Shown here: piece by piece, positions 44,201 through 53,320 of the stretch
Numbering within the stretch: position 1 is the first letter of the stretch
How the letters are laid out: each line of letters opens with the position of its first letter
The notes under the pieces: generated by a model
Told to the model about the DNA's origin: nothing
The model's database searches: none
Seen by the model: the letters and a program-made list of their open reading frames with translations, nothing else
From: a virus
Lineage: Duplodnaviria; Caudoviricetes
Length of the DNA stretch: 64,000 nucleotides
Strand: one strand, 5' to 3'
Virus record (IMG/VR): IMGVR_UViG_3300037471_001473
Location: 25,557-89,556 of that record
Position numbers and translations under genes: made by a program

Positions 44201-46196
44201 TCGACTCGATCATGCCCTGCACGCTCGTGTTCGACATGGCCGCGGCCTTGGCGAACACGTCGCTCACACGGCCGAGGTCGTCGACGCTGAGGTTGAAGGC
44301 GGCCATCACGCCGGTGGCGCCCAGGGCCGCGTCGCTCAGGCTGAGCTCGCCGGCGGTGGCCAGCTGCAGGATGGTCGGCAGGGCAGACAGCGACTGCTGC
44401 ACGGTCAAGCCGTTCTGCGCAAGTCCGCGCATCGCCTGCGCCGCCTCGGTGGGTGCGACCAGCATGCCCAGGCGCACCGCGTTGCCGAACTTGTCGAGCG
44501 ACACCGTGGTGCCCTCGGACAGCTGCTTCACGAAGGTCAGCTGGTACTCCAGCTGCGTACCCACCTCGAACACCGAACGCATCGACGCGCCGATCGCTGC
44601 CGCGCCAGCGATGGCCGCGGTGTTGCCCCAGGTCAGCCACAGGCCACCCAGGGAGCCCGCCAGGCCGCGCGCGGCGCTGTGCGCGTCGTTCATGGCCGTC
44701 ACAGCGGCCTGGTGCTCGACGTTGCTGGCGCGCACCTTGGGCGCCAGCTTCTCGTGCTCGTCCGCCGCGGCCTTCACGGCCTTGCGGTAGCTCTCCAGGT
44801 TGCCCACCTCGTCGAGCAGGAAGGAGCTCTTGCCGAGGAAGGCGCTGGCCGCGCTGGCGCCGAACTGCTGCTGGATCGCGGCCGCGCCGGCGATCTTCTG
44901 GCCGGTCGGGTTGAAGCTGCCCTGGGCGCCGAACTTGGCCTTCTCGTAGGCCGCGGCGATGGCGCTCTGCGTCTCCTGGACGGCGCGCGTCATGTCGGCC
45001 TTCAGCTTGGCCGTGAAGGACGCCATCTCGCTGGAGGCCGGCAGTCCAAGCAGGGTGCGCGCGTCGACACGGCCGGCCGACTTAGCGCGCAGCGCTTCGT
45101 CGGTCAGGGCGCCGTTCATTTGCGCGGCCAGCTGGCGCGAGAACGAGGACATCTCCTCGCGGCTTGGCAGGCCCAACAGCGTGCGCGCATCGACGCGGCC
45201 GGCCGACTTGGCGCGAAGGGCTTCGTCGGCCAGGTCGCCGCGCATCTGGGCGGCGATCTGCCGGCCGATGGAGGCCGTTTCGTCGCGGCTGGGCAGGCCC
45301 AGCAGGGTGCGAGGGTCCACCCGGCCCGCCGACTTCGCGCGCAGCGCCTCGTCGGCCAGCGACCCGCGCATCTGCGCCGACAGCTGCTTGGCGAACGCCG
45401 ACATCTCGTCGCGGCTGGGCAGGCCCAGCAGCGCGCGCGGGTCGGCCAGGCCGGCCGACTTTGCCTTCATGGAATCGACGGTGCGATCCCAGTCCTGCTT
45501 CATGCGCTCCAGCTGCTCCCGGTTGGGGCCGAAGGCCATCCCCTCCTTCAGGTTCCTCTGGAACTGCTGCTGCGCCTGCAGCACGGCGTTGGTGGCGCGC
45601 ACCTGCGCCAGGATCGCCTCAGGGTTCTCCAGGCGCTGGGTGGCCGAGGTGCGGCTGCCGTCGGGGTTGACCTGCGAGTAGCGCGTCGCCGCGGCGATGC
45701 TGCCGCCCGAGCGCGGCGCGCCGGCGCCACGCGCATTGCCGGACAGCACGGTGGCTGCCTTCACGAGCTCGTCGACAGCCGGGACCAGAGACTCCTTGAT
45801 GGTCTGCAGGATGTTGGCCGGCGCGGCGCCGTGCGCCGGCGCGCTGGGCAGCCCGGTCTCGATGTTGCCACCGGCCAGGCGCATGCCGGCGCGAATGGCC
45901 GACTTGACCTGCTCGGTCAAGTCCTGCGAGTTGATACGCAGCTTCCAGCCGCTGTAGTTCTGGTCGCTGAAGCCCTTCGAGATCGCGCGACGGATCTGCT
46001 GCGACAGGTCGTTCTCGTCGATCTGGGGTCGCAGCTTTCGATTGCGCAGCGTGCTCTGGATGTCGTTGACGAACCGGCCAGCGTCGAGCTCAACGGAAAT
46101 GCCCTTGCCGTTGGTCTTCATCCATTCCTTGAACGCCAGGAACTCCTTCCTGGCGTCCGCGGTCTTCAAACCGACGGAAAGATTGGCAGTCGTCAT
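41259..46196 (-). CDS. Tape measure protein
   Basis: 1645 aa, Ala-rich helical; central TMP core (EAAQAMRGLAQNG...LQLATAG), lambda-H-like C-term (FVTTGKLHFK, AIYGEG..EAYVPL). Confidence 0.93.
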   Translation of the reverse strand: MTTANLSVGLKTADARKEFLAFKEWMKTNGKGISVELDAGRFVNDIQSTLRNRKLRPQIDENDLSQQIRRAISKGFSDQNYSGWKLRINSQDLTEQVKSAIRAGMRLAGGNIETGLPSAPAHGAAPANILQTIKESLVPAVDELVKAATVLSGNARGAGAPRSGGSIAAATRYSQVNPDGSRTSATQRLENPEAILAQVRATNAVLQAQQQFQRNLKEGMAFGPNREQLERMKQDWDRTVDSMKAKSAGLADPRALLGLPSRDEMSAFAKQLSAQMRGSLADEALRAKSAGRVDPRTLLGLPSRDETASIGRQIAAQMRGDLADEALRAKSAGRVDARTLLGLPSREEMSSFSRQLAAQMNGALTDEALRAKSAGRVDARTLLGLPASSEMASFTAKLKADMTRAVQETQSAIAAAYEKAKFGAQGSFNPTGQKIAGAAAIQQQFGASAASAFLGKSSFLLDEVGNLESYRKAVKAAADEHEKLAPKVRASNVEHQAAVTAMNDAHSAARGLAGSLGGLWLTWGNTAAIAGAAAIGASMRSVFEVGTQLEYQLTFVKQLSEGTTVSLDKFGNAVRLGMLVAPTEAAQAMRGLAQNGLTVQQSLSALPTILQLATAGELSLSDAALGATGVMAAFNLSVDDLGRVSDVFAKAAAMSNTSVQGMIESMKQASTVGDQYGVTLEETAASLATMAKRNITGTAAGTAFRNMMVELATPSKKAKEALAQLHVELYNGNGSLKTYSEVLDTLRNKTILLNDQGRLTFLNEIFGERGAKAVNAILADYDQYRQTLQTLQQDARGFGESINTALGETTKGKIQALFTEFQLSAASAFETGNDAAKHFIDTLRIWVGSDDFKKMLSELTQGVAALTNFLVEHGKVVGATVAIWAGMRMLSGLVGVFNTLRTAMLGAEAAAVGLGVAGRAALGALTGGVGLLVALAAEFLLTRENANGATDAQKAFADSLVLQEQNLRRSISALDEEIGFLQRRNALIQEGKTAEEAERIARLNKDQKDAATSMAAATRAAFELAGARRTLAEAEARRKTVAQAGGNIATEDAAVQNAQREVKRLQDVYDRADAVALAARTETDRKMQAEQLRSAGSREAQAQAFNKRIEEVMAKNPAINASFLKINLQEAGASGADSFSGMLRARTDQLNSMLSKFTPPDKHAQAAAHRDALAESNALMRRLRDEDAQFAQSSEIRRKLLEATFDPKLFGNEVAARANEKRAEQDLLAVKQRHVKVIAELNTQLNGNKNLTDADRTNLRSRLESEQSALTLLERRIDSERELSVIKARNKDIVEANDFQKEKDKLAQADQKRLQDLAKAYDKKVMDPATAAAYNEQLKVSQDYASAIAEHTRKVEISENAIAAIKAMQVDYAGEFSAELKAALTAEEQNLATETMRLGVLKAQASSAAEVAGRTARQHYEAAQTASYGWSKFWEEYRSQGESNAVAVYDIMKKSTGQMSDAIANFVTTGKLHFKQLVASILSDVARMLATRAMTQFLGYIVGAATGGFGGGGTAVNGSAGTASIPSTMAAWGHVMTGAGPMRLRKYANGGIARTPQMAIYGEGSRSEAYVPLPDGRRIPVDLQGAGGGGTTIMANVTVHVDGNGKSTVESDASGEQARALGGMIKDRVIEVIVEQQRPGGVLAR
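45000..45470 (-). repeat. Four 126-bp (42-aa) imperfect tandem repeats in tape measure N-terminal region
   Basis: CCGACTT anchors at 45077, 45203, 45329, 45455; AKSAGRVDxRTLLGLPSRxE units. Confidence 0.9.
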
Positions 46197-46549
46197 TTGC
46201 TCGCTCGTGCCGCTGCTTTCGCAGCGATGTGGTTCAACTCGACGCGATCCATTAACTTGATGAGCCGCGTGTACTTCATCCGGGTCTCGACCTCCTCGAT
46301 GCCAAGTAGCGTCAGGTACGACTCGATCTCAGAAAACTGGATTGGGCTCGGGCCCACCTGGGAGTACATACGACTGGCGCCCAGAACGCGGAAGGCATCG
46401 TAGTAACGGATGCAGTCGCGTCTGAGCGCCTTTTTGGTCTGCTCTGAGGGGTGGGAGTGCCCGTCTTTCTTCAGTTCCTTCACCAGGGCCTGCGTCTGAG
46501 GATCACCCCACCTGAGCTCCCACTCCAGGTAGGCCGTTAGGCTTCCCCC
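46193..46549 (-). CDS. Tail assembly chaperone GT extension (reached by -1 frameshift)
   Basis: -1 frame is open from the slippery site through LTAYLEWELRWG to stop 46193, immediately before tape measure. Confidence 0.8.
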   Translation of the reverse strand, partial: GGSLTAYLEWELRWGDPQTQALVKELKKDGHSHPSEQTKKALRRDCIRYYDAFRVLGASRMYSQVGPSPIQFSEIESYLTLLGIEEVETRMKYTRLIKLMDRVELNHIAAKAAARASK

Positions 46550-46977
46550 TGCTCCACCTCCAGCTTGGCCTTGTAGGCCTCACGGTTGTTCGCCAGTTCA
46601 AGCACGCGACGGCGGAAGTCCGCGTGCGACAGCACCATCTCGGCGTTCGCGGTGTTGTACGCCAGTGCCTTTCCCTTGTAGACCAGGTTCTCCCAGCCCT
46701 TGAGCACGGTCTTGGCGATCACCTGCACCATCAGCTTGTCGGACAGTGCATCGGCTTCCGGCGTGCCGTTGTTCAGCTGCTCGCTGTGCTTCTCCACGAG
46801 CTCGCTCAGCAGGCGACCGTAGGCGCGGTTGTTGGCGCGCGCCACCAGCAGCTTGGTCGAGCCCTTCAGGGTCTGCCAGGCGCCCTGGTCTTCCAGCTGC
46901 TCGTCGGTGGCGAACTCGCTGAAGATGTCGAGGGCGTCTTCGGGCAGTTCGTTCTTGGCGACTTCGATTCCGGTCAT
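46537..46977 (-). CDS. Tail assembly chaperone (gpG-like)
   Basis: Between tail tube and tape measure; ends CAG GGG GAA GCC TAA. Confidence 0.85.
   Translation of the reverse strand: MTGIEVAKNELPEDALDIFSEFATDEQLEDQGAWQTLKGSTKLLVARANNRAYGRLLSELVEKHSEQLNNGTPEADALSDKLMVQVIAKTVLKGWENLVYKGKALAYNTANAEMVLSHADFRRRVLELANNREAYKAKLEVEQGEA
46543..46549 (-). promoter_or_regulatory. Programmed -1 frameshift site GGGGGAA
   Basis: Heptamer in last codons of gpG-like ORF; links to downstream frame. Confidence 0.75.
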
Positions 46978-47037
46978 GTCATTCTTTCAGGTGGTGGTGG
47001 AAGGGCTGGGCGGGGGTCGTCGCCCCCGCCTCGGTTA

Positions 47038-48288
47038 TCAGACGCCGCAGCGGTAGATCGCGACGGTCTTCTGGTACGTGGCCGACGTCGGGTCGACGTC
47101 CATCAGGGCCTCGAAGTCCATGGACAGCATGTTGTCGGTGTCCAGGCCCGTGGCGTTGACCTTCGCCGCGCTGTACTTGATGCGCGGGAAGTAGTAGACG
47201 TAGCCGTTGCCGTTGACGTCGAGCACCGGGATGGACATCGAGCTCGCGGCGCCGCTGATCAGCTTGCCGTACATCACCGCGTCGGCGAAGTACACCTCCA
47301 GCTTGCCCATCACCTTCAGCGTGCCGGCGGCCACGCCGGCGTTGCCGAACACGCCCACCGCCTCCTGCGCGCGCAGGCTGTTGTCGATGGAGAGCTCGGC
47401 CGACTTGATGTAGGTCGTCGCGCTGATCGAGGTGCCACCCTCGAAGATGTCGAAGATGCCCTTGGTGGCGTTCGCCGGCGTGTAGGTCTGCGAAGCCGAC
47501 GGGGTGCCCATGCTGGTCGCGCCCAGCAGGCTCATGGACTTGCCCATGAACTCGAAGCTGCCGGTCAGGATCTGGCCGACGGACAGCTTCAGGTCCATCT
47601 TCGAGCAGATCATGCCCGTGTACTGGCGGAACACGCTGATGTCGGAGTGCTGGACCTCCAGCGTGTACGACTTCATCGTGGTGCCGTTGTAGGCACGCGC
47701 CGAGCAGATCTGACCGTTGGACATCGACGTGCCGGCCACGGCGGTGTTGATCTGCGTGGCGGCGTCGAGCGTGATCACCGTGCTGGTCGGCGCGGTCGTG
47801 GTGCTGACGCGGAAGGCGCGACCGTCGAAGTAGTCCTTGACGGCCTGAGTGGCGCCCGCGGGCGGGTTGACGGTGAACCACTGACCCTTGTGCAGGGTCG
47901 TGAAGGCATCGTTGCCGGTCGGCGCGGCGCCGGCCGTGATGGTGCCCGCGGCGAGGGTCAGCGTGGCGATGGACGCGCTCACACCGTTGGTGCCGTAGTA
48001 GGTGTAGTCCTGCTGCAGCGTGGCCTGGATGAACGGGTCGTACTCGGCGAACTGGGCCTCGAAGTTGAAGCCGCCCTGTGCCGAGGCACTCACCTGCACG
48101 TTGTCCAGGGTCTGGCGCGTGTTGACGATCTGCTTCGAGGATTCGGTCTTGATACCGTAATCCAGCGACTCACCCGTCATGTTGAGGTTGAAGCCGTTTC
48201 CGCCCTGCGGCACGCCGAAGTTGGTCGGGTACGTGCCCTCCAGCTTGGCCACCAGCTGCGAGCGATTGGAACTGGAGAGTTGGGGCAT
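47038..48288 (-). CDS. Major tail tube protein
   Basis: 416 aa Thr/Ser/Gly-rich; TGESL..., MSLEFxG-like MGKSM, YFAD...Y.K; canonical position. Confidence 0.85.
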   Translation of the reverse strand: MPQLSSSNRSQLVAKLEGTYPTNFGVPQGGNGFNLNMTGESLDYGIKTESSKQIVNTRQTLDNVQVSASAQGGFNFEAQFAEYDPFIQATLQQDYTYYGTNGVSASIATLTLAAGTITAGAAPTGNDAFTTLHKGQWFTVNPPAGATQAVKDYFDGRAFRVSTTTAPTSTVITLDAATQINTAVAGTSMSNGQICSARAYNGTTMKSYTLEVQHSDISVFRQYTGMICSKMDLKLSVGQILTGSFEFMGKSMSLLGATSMGTPSASQTYTPANATKGIFDIFEGGTSISATTYIKSAELSIDNSLRAQEAVGVFGNAGVAAGTLKVMGKLEVYFADAVMYGKLISGAASSMSIPVLDVNGNGYVYYFPRIKYSAAKVNATGLDTDNMLSMDFEALMDVDPTSATYQKTVAIYRCGV

Positions 48289-48321
48289 GATCTTTCCTTG
48301 CTTGCAAAAGCGTCAAAGAGG

Positions 48322-48357
48322 ATTGTGACGACTCTACCTAAATTCGGCAACTGTCAA
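48322..48357 (-). promoter_or_regulatory. sigma70-like promoter for tail tube operon
   Basis: TTGCCG-17 bp-CACAAT on -, preceded by TTGACA. Confidence 0.55.
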
Positions 48358-48767
48358 GTGGGGTCCGCATAGAAGGCGAACTTCACCTGTTCGCTGAACC
48401 AGCCCTTGGGTGCCTGCATGCTCTCGGGCTCGGGCCGGTCGAGGATGATCCGGCAACCGGCACCAGGCATGGTCGAGTAGCCCATCTTCTGGGAGAACCA
48501 GTCGAGCGCCATCAGCGTCAGCTTGCTGCCGCGGCCCTGGCGGATGGTCGCCGTCACGTAGAGGTAGCCCTTGATGCGCGTGCGCGGCTCTCCGGCGATC
48601 GAGATCTGCTGGCCGTCAAAGAACTTCACGTTGAACTCGACGAAGTGCGGCGGCGGGTCGTTCTCATCGAACGGCTCGTTGTCGGTCACCAGGGGCACCG
48701 TGGGGTACTCGGTCTGGTAGTCGGCGAGGGCGAATGCGACGAGGGCCGCACGGATGGCTTCTTGCAC
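48354..48767 (-). CDS. Tail terminator/completion protein
   Basis: 137 aa just before tail tube; positional. Confidence 0.6.
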   Translation of the reverse strand: MQEAIRAALVAFALADYQTEYPTVPLVTDNEPFDENDPPPHFVEFNVKFFDGQQISIAGEPRTRIKGYLYVTATIRQGRGSKLTLMALDWFSQKMGYSTMPGAGCRIILDRPEPESMQAPKGWFSEQVKFAFYADPT

Positions 48768-48768
48768 G

Positions 48769-49314
48769 TCAGGCTCCGATGGACAGCTGCTTCAGGCGCT
48801 CGGCCTGCCGCTGGCTGATGTCAGCATAGCGGCTCTGCACCTGGTCAAGGGTGAGCCGCACCGGCATTCCTGGGCGGTTCACCGCTCGCAGGTTGATGCC
48901 TCCGTTCTCCACCAGCCACGAGTAGCCGCCCTCGCCGTGGTCCACGCCGTTCGAGATGAACACGTCGTCGCCCAGCCGCTTGAAGTCCTGGTCCCGGAAC
49001 TGGCTGTTGGCCAGCGCCACCTGGATGGCCGGCTGCGAGCCCTTCTGGTAGGGCTGGAACTCGTGCTTGTCGTCCAGGTGAATCTCGCCCGAAGAAATTA
49101 GGGACGGATCATGCGAGCGATCGACGTAGTGGGGCGTGCGCAGGCTGAAGGTCCAGCTGGCCACCATGCGACCCTGCCATTGCGGCGTGCGCTGCAGGAT
49201 GCCGTAGAAGATCTCGACGAACAGGCCCCGTGTGACGTTCACGAGCTCCTTTTCGAGCTCGTCGAAGGCCGCGTCAAAGCTGTCGGTCTCCCACTTCGCT
49301 TTAAGTTCGAGCAT
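48769..49314 (-). CDS. Neck/tail-completion protein (HK97 gp10-like)
   Basis: RTPQWQGRMVASW, FISNGVDH, NRPGMPVRLT; positional. Confidence 0.65.
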   Translation of the reverse strand: MLELKAKWETDSFDAAFDELEKELVNVTRGLFVEIFYGILQRTPQWQGRMVASWTFSLRTPHYVDRSHDPSLISSGEIHLDDKHEFQPYQKGSQPAIQVALANSQFRDQDFKRLGDDVFISNGVDHGEGGYSWLVENGGINLRAVNRPGMPVRLTLDQVQSRYADISQRQAERLKQLSIGA

Positions 49315-50146
49315 GGCGAGTGGCCCGGCACAGCCAGACGTCGTCCTGCGCGCGAGCGCTGGCGATCATCCAGGCGCCATCGCTGAGGGTGACGATCGAG
49401 CCCACACGCGGCGTCGCCGCGGCGGTGGCCATCACCAGCTGCATGTCCTCGGGCCCGAAGGTCGGGCCGCTGACGTTGCCGTACTCGAACAGCGACTGCC
49501 AGCGCACGCGCAGCACGCGCGCGGTCGTGAGCGTGCCGCCGACGAACATGCCGGCGACCTTGTCCCAGTCGGAGGTGCTGACCGTGGCGGTCTCGACCAC
49601 CGGGTCCGGCATCTCCTCGACGGTGGTCACCAGCGTGCCGCCACCGCCCAGGGTAGTCGAGCGGGCGAGGGTGTAGCGCGTGCCCAACTGCACAACCAGG
49701 CCCTGCGCGACCGGCTCGCTGGCGGCGAAGTGCACGTGCAGCTGCGGGTCAAGTTTCGAGCTCTGCTCAGTGAACGCCTTGTCCTTCACCCAGGCGTAGC
49801 CGCACCAGGCGTTGAAACCCGCCTCGTTGCGGGCCAGCTGGCCAAGGGTGCGCACGGTGGCAAGCGTCGTCGCCTCGTGCAGCACGACGCCCTGCCGGAT
49901 CTCGTTGGGTCCGAAGGCATCGGTGTTGCGGTGACCCAGAATCCACTGGCGGCCGGCCGCCTGGATGACGCCGCGCGCCGGGAACTTGGTGCCGGGCGCG
50001 ACGGACAGCACGCGGCGCTCGGCCACCTCGCTGTCGCGCTTGGTGTCGTCGTACAGCCCCAGCTGCGCGCGGAACACCGGATCGCCGCTGTAGGCGTCGT
50101 AGCAGACCAGCTTGTTGAAGCGGTTCGCGGCGTCGGCGAGGCGCAT
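49301..50146 (-). CDS. Head-tail joining protein
   Basis: Position between adaptor and neck genes. Confidence 0.55.
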   Translation of the reverse strand: MRLADAANRFNKLVCYDAYSGDPVFRAQLGLYDDTKRDSEVAERRVLSVAPGTKFPARGVIQAAGRQWILGHRNTDAFGPNEIRQGVVLHEATTLATVRTLGQLARNEAGFNAWCGYAWVKDKAFTEQSSKLDPQLHVHFAASEPVAQGLVVQLGTRYTLARSTTLGGGGTLVTTVEEMPDPVVETATVSTSDWDKVAGMFVGGTLTTARVLRVRWQSLFEYGNVSGPTFGPEDMQLVMATAAATPRVGSIVTLSDGAWMIASARAQDDVWLCRATRHART

Positions 50147-50147
50147 G

Positions 50148-50645
50148 TCAGGTGCCCGTGACCGGGTCCGAGGAGGGGCTGGAGATCGCCATGTACGTGC
50201 GCGTCACGCTGGACGCGGCGCTGCCGCCGCTGACCACGTTGAACGCGGACTCCAGGCGCTCCAGCGCCTGGTTGTAGAACCCGAGCACGCCGTCGATGAC
50301 TGCCTTGTACGGGTCCTGGGTGTAGCGAGACAGCGTGGCCTTGCCGTCGCTGATCTCCTTCGGGGAGAACAGCGGCAGGCTGCTGGTCAACTGCTTGGCC
50401 ACCGCGTAGGTGGCGAAGAAGCGCGTCGCGTTGACGAAGCGCTTCTGGTCGGCCGAGAGATCGTCGGAGGAGCCCGTGTTCAGAGGCGTGAAGGCGTCGA
50501 TCAGGTTGAGATCGACGGATTCAAGCTCTGCGATGAGGTTGATCTCGTACAGGGGAAGTCCGAGAGTGGCGTCGTCGATTTCGTCCTCGGACACACCGAG
50601 AGCGGCACGCACGTCTTCAAAGCTGGTGAAATCGGTCAGCGCCAC
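50148..50645 (-). CDS. Head-tail adaptor/connector
   Basis: DVRAALGVSEDEIDD N-term; EISDGKATLSRY; position after capsid. Confidence 0.6.
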   Translation of the reverse strand: MALTDFTSFEDVRAALGVSEDEIDDATLGLPLYEINLIAELESVDLNLIDAFTPLNTGSSDDLSADQKRFVNATRFFATYAVAKQLTSSLPLFSPKEISDGKATLSRYTQDPYKAVIDGVLGFYNQALERLESAFNVVSGGSAASSVTRTYMAISSPSSDPVTGT

Positions 50646-50662
50646 GGGCTGCTCCTAAACGA

Positions 50663-50950
50663 TCACTCGTCGTCGCTGGCCAGGGCGATCTTGCCGGCGT
50701 CGAACTGGATGCGGACCCAGTCGTCGATCTCCACCTTCTGGGCCTGGCCCACGTCCAGGTCCACCTCGGGCTTGAACGGGTGGATGATGCGGCCGTGCAC
50801 GCCGACGAGGTACGCCGACTTCTTGCCGTCGAGCGGGTGCTTCTCGCCCTTGCCCTTGGCCTTCGCCTTGGCGGCTTCCTTCTCGGCTTCCGCCTTGGCG
50901 GCGGCTTCTGCGGCGGCAGCGTCGGCTGCGGCTTGTTCGTCAGGGGTCAT
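50663..50950 (-). CDS. Small virion-associated protein (Ala/Glu/Lys-rich N-term)
   Basis: Immediately after major capsid gene. Confidence 0.7.
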   Translation of the reverse strand: MTPDEQAAADAAAAEAAAKAEAEKEAAKAKAKGKGEKHPLDGKKSAYLVGVHGRIIHPFKPEVDLDVGQAQKVEIDDWVRIQFDAGKIALASDDE

Positions 50951-50971
50951 GGTGGTCTCTTGAGGTGGAGG

Positions 50972-50998
50972 AAAAACAAGGCCCTCCAGAGGAGGGCC
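50972..50998 (-). terminator. Intrinsic terminator after major capsid gene
   Basis: GGCCCTCC-TCT-GGAGGGCC then TTGTTTTT on -. Confidence 0.75.
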
Positions 50999-51017
50999 CC
51001 ACTTGCCTGCTGCCGGC

Positions 51018-52199
51018 TTACGACAGGGTCAGGCCGTCGAACGCCTCGGTGTAGAGGCGGTTCACGTGCTCGCCGAAGTCGAAGCGCATGGCCTGGCTGC
51101 GACGCATCACGTAGCTCTCGATAGCCGTGTAGTCCGCCTGCAGGTTGCGCACGCGGCGGATCGCCCAGTTCTTGTCCAGGCCCAGGATCGTGTTCGCGGG
51201 CCAGCTGGAGATGTCCGTGAGGAAGATCTTGGGGTTCTGGGCCCAGGTCGGGTTCATCAGCTGGAACTGCGTGTCGATCCGGCTGGTCTTCGAGTCGTCG
51301 CCGGTGACCGTGGGCTTGCCGGTGCGGGTCTCGATCTTCCAGGCGGTGTCGAAGTCGGTGATCAGGTGGGTGATCGACCGCTTGGTGCCGTTGAGCATCA
51401 GGTACTTCATCCACGCCTTGTGGGTGAAGACACCGCCGGTGGCCGCCGAGTCGAGGGTGCTCGACGCGGTGAAGCGGCCCAGGCTCGACAGCGACGCTTC
51501 GCCGTTGTCGTTGTCGCCGTTCAGCAGGGCCAGCACGTAGTTCTGGGCGCGCTCGTTGCGCTCGATCGCGGCCTGGCGGGCCAGCGACATCGCGACGATG
51601 TCCAGCGTGGTGGCCTTGATCGCCTGGTCGGAGATCTCCATGCCCAGCGAGAAGGTCGGGATCTTGTAGGCCTTGTCGCTCACCGTGATGGTCAGCATCG
51701 AGGGCGGCGCAGTCAACTGCGCGATGCCCTGATGGCGAGCCACCGACGGCTTGTCGAAGTTCACGACGGGCTGCTCGTAGCGCTCGCCGGTGATCGTCTC
51801 GTCGGAGGCGATCATCTCCTCGAAGGCGTTGGCCGTCATGGTCAAGCTGGCGAGCAGCTTGTCCTCGATCAGCTGGAGGATCACGGCCGGGAACAGGATG
51901 CGCGAGGTCGGCACGCCGTCCTTGACCACCACACCGGCCTTCGGGCCGGTCTTCGGGCCGTTGAGGATCTCGTCCATCGTCGAGGCGCGGATGCCGAGGT
52001 CCCGGTTGCCGCGCACGAAGATGCCCTCGGACTCCATCAGCTGGTTCCAGGTGGAGCCGAAGCGGGCGGAGTCGGTGGGGTACGTCTGGTTGACGTACTG
52101 CGGCAGGGTCATGCCCACTTCCGCGGCTTCGCGGTAGGCGGTGACCGCCAGGTTCTCCAGCTGGTGCTGGTTGCCCTGAGCGTCGAGGTATGCAGCCAT
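51018..52199 (-). CDS. Major capsid protein
   Basis: 393 aa after protease/scaffold and decoration genes, followed by terminator; SRILFPAVIL, YKIPTFSLGMEISDQA. Confidence 0.85.
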   Translation of the reverse strand: MAAYLDAQGNQHQLENLAVTAYREAAEVGMTLPQYVNQTYPTDSARFGSTWNQLMESEGIFVRGNRDLGIRASTMDEILNGPKTGPKAGVVVKDGVPTSRILFPAVILQLIEDKLLASLTMTANAFEEMIASDETITGERYEQPVVNFDKPSVARHQGIAQLTAPPSMLTITVSDKAYKIPTFSLGMEISDQAIKATTLDIVAMSLARQAAIERNERAQNYVLALLNGDNDNGEASLSSLGRFTASSTLDSAATGGVFTHKAWMKYLMLNGTKRSITHLITDFDTAWKIETRTGKPTVTGDDSKTSRIDTQFQLMNPTWAQNPKIFLTDISSWPANTILGLDKNWAIRRVRNLQADYTAIESYVMRRSQAMRFDFGEHVNRLYTEAFDGLTLS

Positions 52200-52227
52200 T
52201 GTGTGTTCTCCTGATCTCAGGGTTGGG

Positions 52228-52707
52228 TTAGATGCGCTCGATCAGGCCCTGGGTGCCGACGGCACCCGTGCCCGCAGCGCCCAGCGACACGACGCGCCAC
52301 TTGGACACGACGTTGGCGGGGGTGGTGGCCTTGCACACGCGCGCCGGCGTGCCGAAGGTCAGGGCCGTGCCCTTGGCCACCGGCGTGCCGCAGACGACGA
52401 TGTCGCCCACGGCCAGCGTGCCGGTGCCCGGCGTGCCTTGCAGGCCGTCGAACGTGCACTCGAAGCGGCCGCCCACCTGGACGCCGCCGAACGAGAAGTT
52501 GTCGTAGGTCGCGACCTCGACCGAGGAGATCCGGCCTTCGATCTCCTCGCCCACGGCGCAGAGGTTGTAGCGCGAATCGCCGACCAGGCGAACGAACTTG
52601 CCGCACTCCTTGTCGTCGACGAAGTTGGACGAGCCGGTGCCGGCGCCGAGGCGAGCGGACACGACCTTGGCCAGGTCGACGAGCTCGGTGAAAATGAACT
52701 TGGGCAT
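52228..52707 (-). CDS. Capsid decoration/cement protein
   Basis: 159 aa Gly/Val/Thr-rich between scaffold and capsid. Confidence 0.7.
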   Translation of the reverse strand: MPKFIFTELVDLAKVVSARLGAGTGSSNFVDDKECGKFVRLVGDSRYNLCAVGEEIEGRISSVEVATYDNFSFGGVQVGGRFECTFDGLQGTPGTGTLAVGDIVVCGTPVAKGTALTFGTPARVCKATTPANVVSKWRVVSLGAAGTGAVGTQGLIERI

Positions 52708-52720
52708 GGTTGCTCCTGGA

Positions 52721-53320
52721 TCAGCGGGTTGCGGGCATCGTCAGGGCCAGACGCTCCTTGCGGAGCGCTTCGGCATTCGCGTCCGCCTTGGGGGCGGTCG
52801 CGGCGGCCGGGGCGTTGGCGACGCCGCCCACCTTGAACGTGTCGGTGAAGGTCTTGGCGGTCGCGGTGTGCTCAGCGACCAGCGCCTCGGGCGTCATGCC
52901 CGAGTAGTCGGCCTTGGCCTGACCCAGCGCGATCTTCATCGTGCTGACACCCTGGGCCACGATCGCAGCCAGCGGCTTGAAGGTGGCCTCCATCGAGGCG
53001 ACCTTGTCGTTGGCCAGCTTCAGGTCCACGCGGGCCGTCATCAGCTGTTCCTGGGCTTCACGCACCTGGGCGCGCAGCACTTCGAGGGCATCCGGCGCCG
53101 GCACGGCGGGAGCCGCTGCGGCAGCAGGAGCGGCCGGCGCAGCGGGAGCGGCCGGCGCAGCGGCGGCGGCCGGCGCCGAGCCGGCAGGCGGGTCGACGTC
53201 GGTCGGGGCCGGCGCAGCCGCAGCAGCGGGCGTGGCGGGGGCCGCGGCAGCGGCCGGCGGCTGAACGCCCGCGGCGGCCATCGCAGCCATCTGTTCGGGA
53301 GTCAAAGCGGGTCGCGTCAT
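52721..53320 (-). CDS. Nested scaffold protein (internal in-frame start, 199 aa)
   Basis: AAAAAGGTCATTCC-ATG at 53320; Ala/Pro linker then coiled coil. Confidence 0.65.
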   Translation of the reverse strand: MTRPALTPEQMAAMAAAGVQPPAAAAAPATPAAAAAPAPTDVDPPAGSAPAAAAAPAAPAAPAAPAAAAAPAVPAPDALEVLRAQVREAQEQLMTARVDLKLANDKVASMEATFKPLAAIVAQGVSTMKIALGQAKADYSGMTPEALVAEHTATAKTFTDTFKVGGVANAPAAATAPKADANAEALRKERLALTMPATR

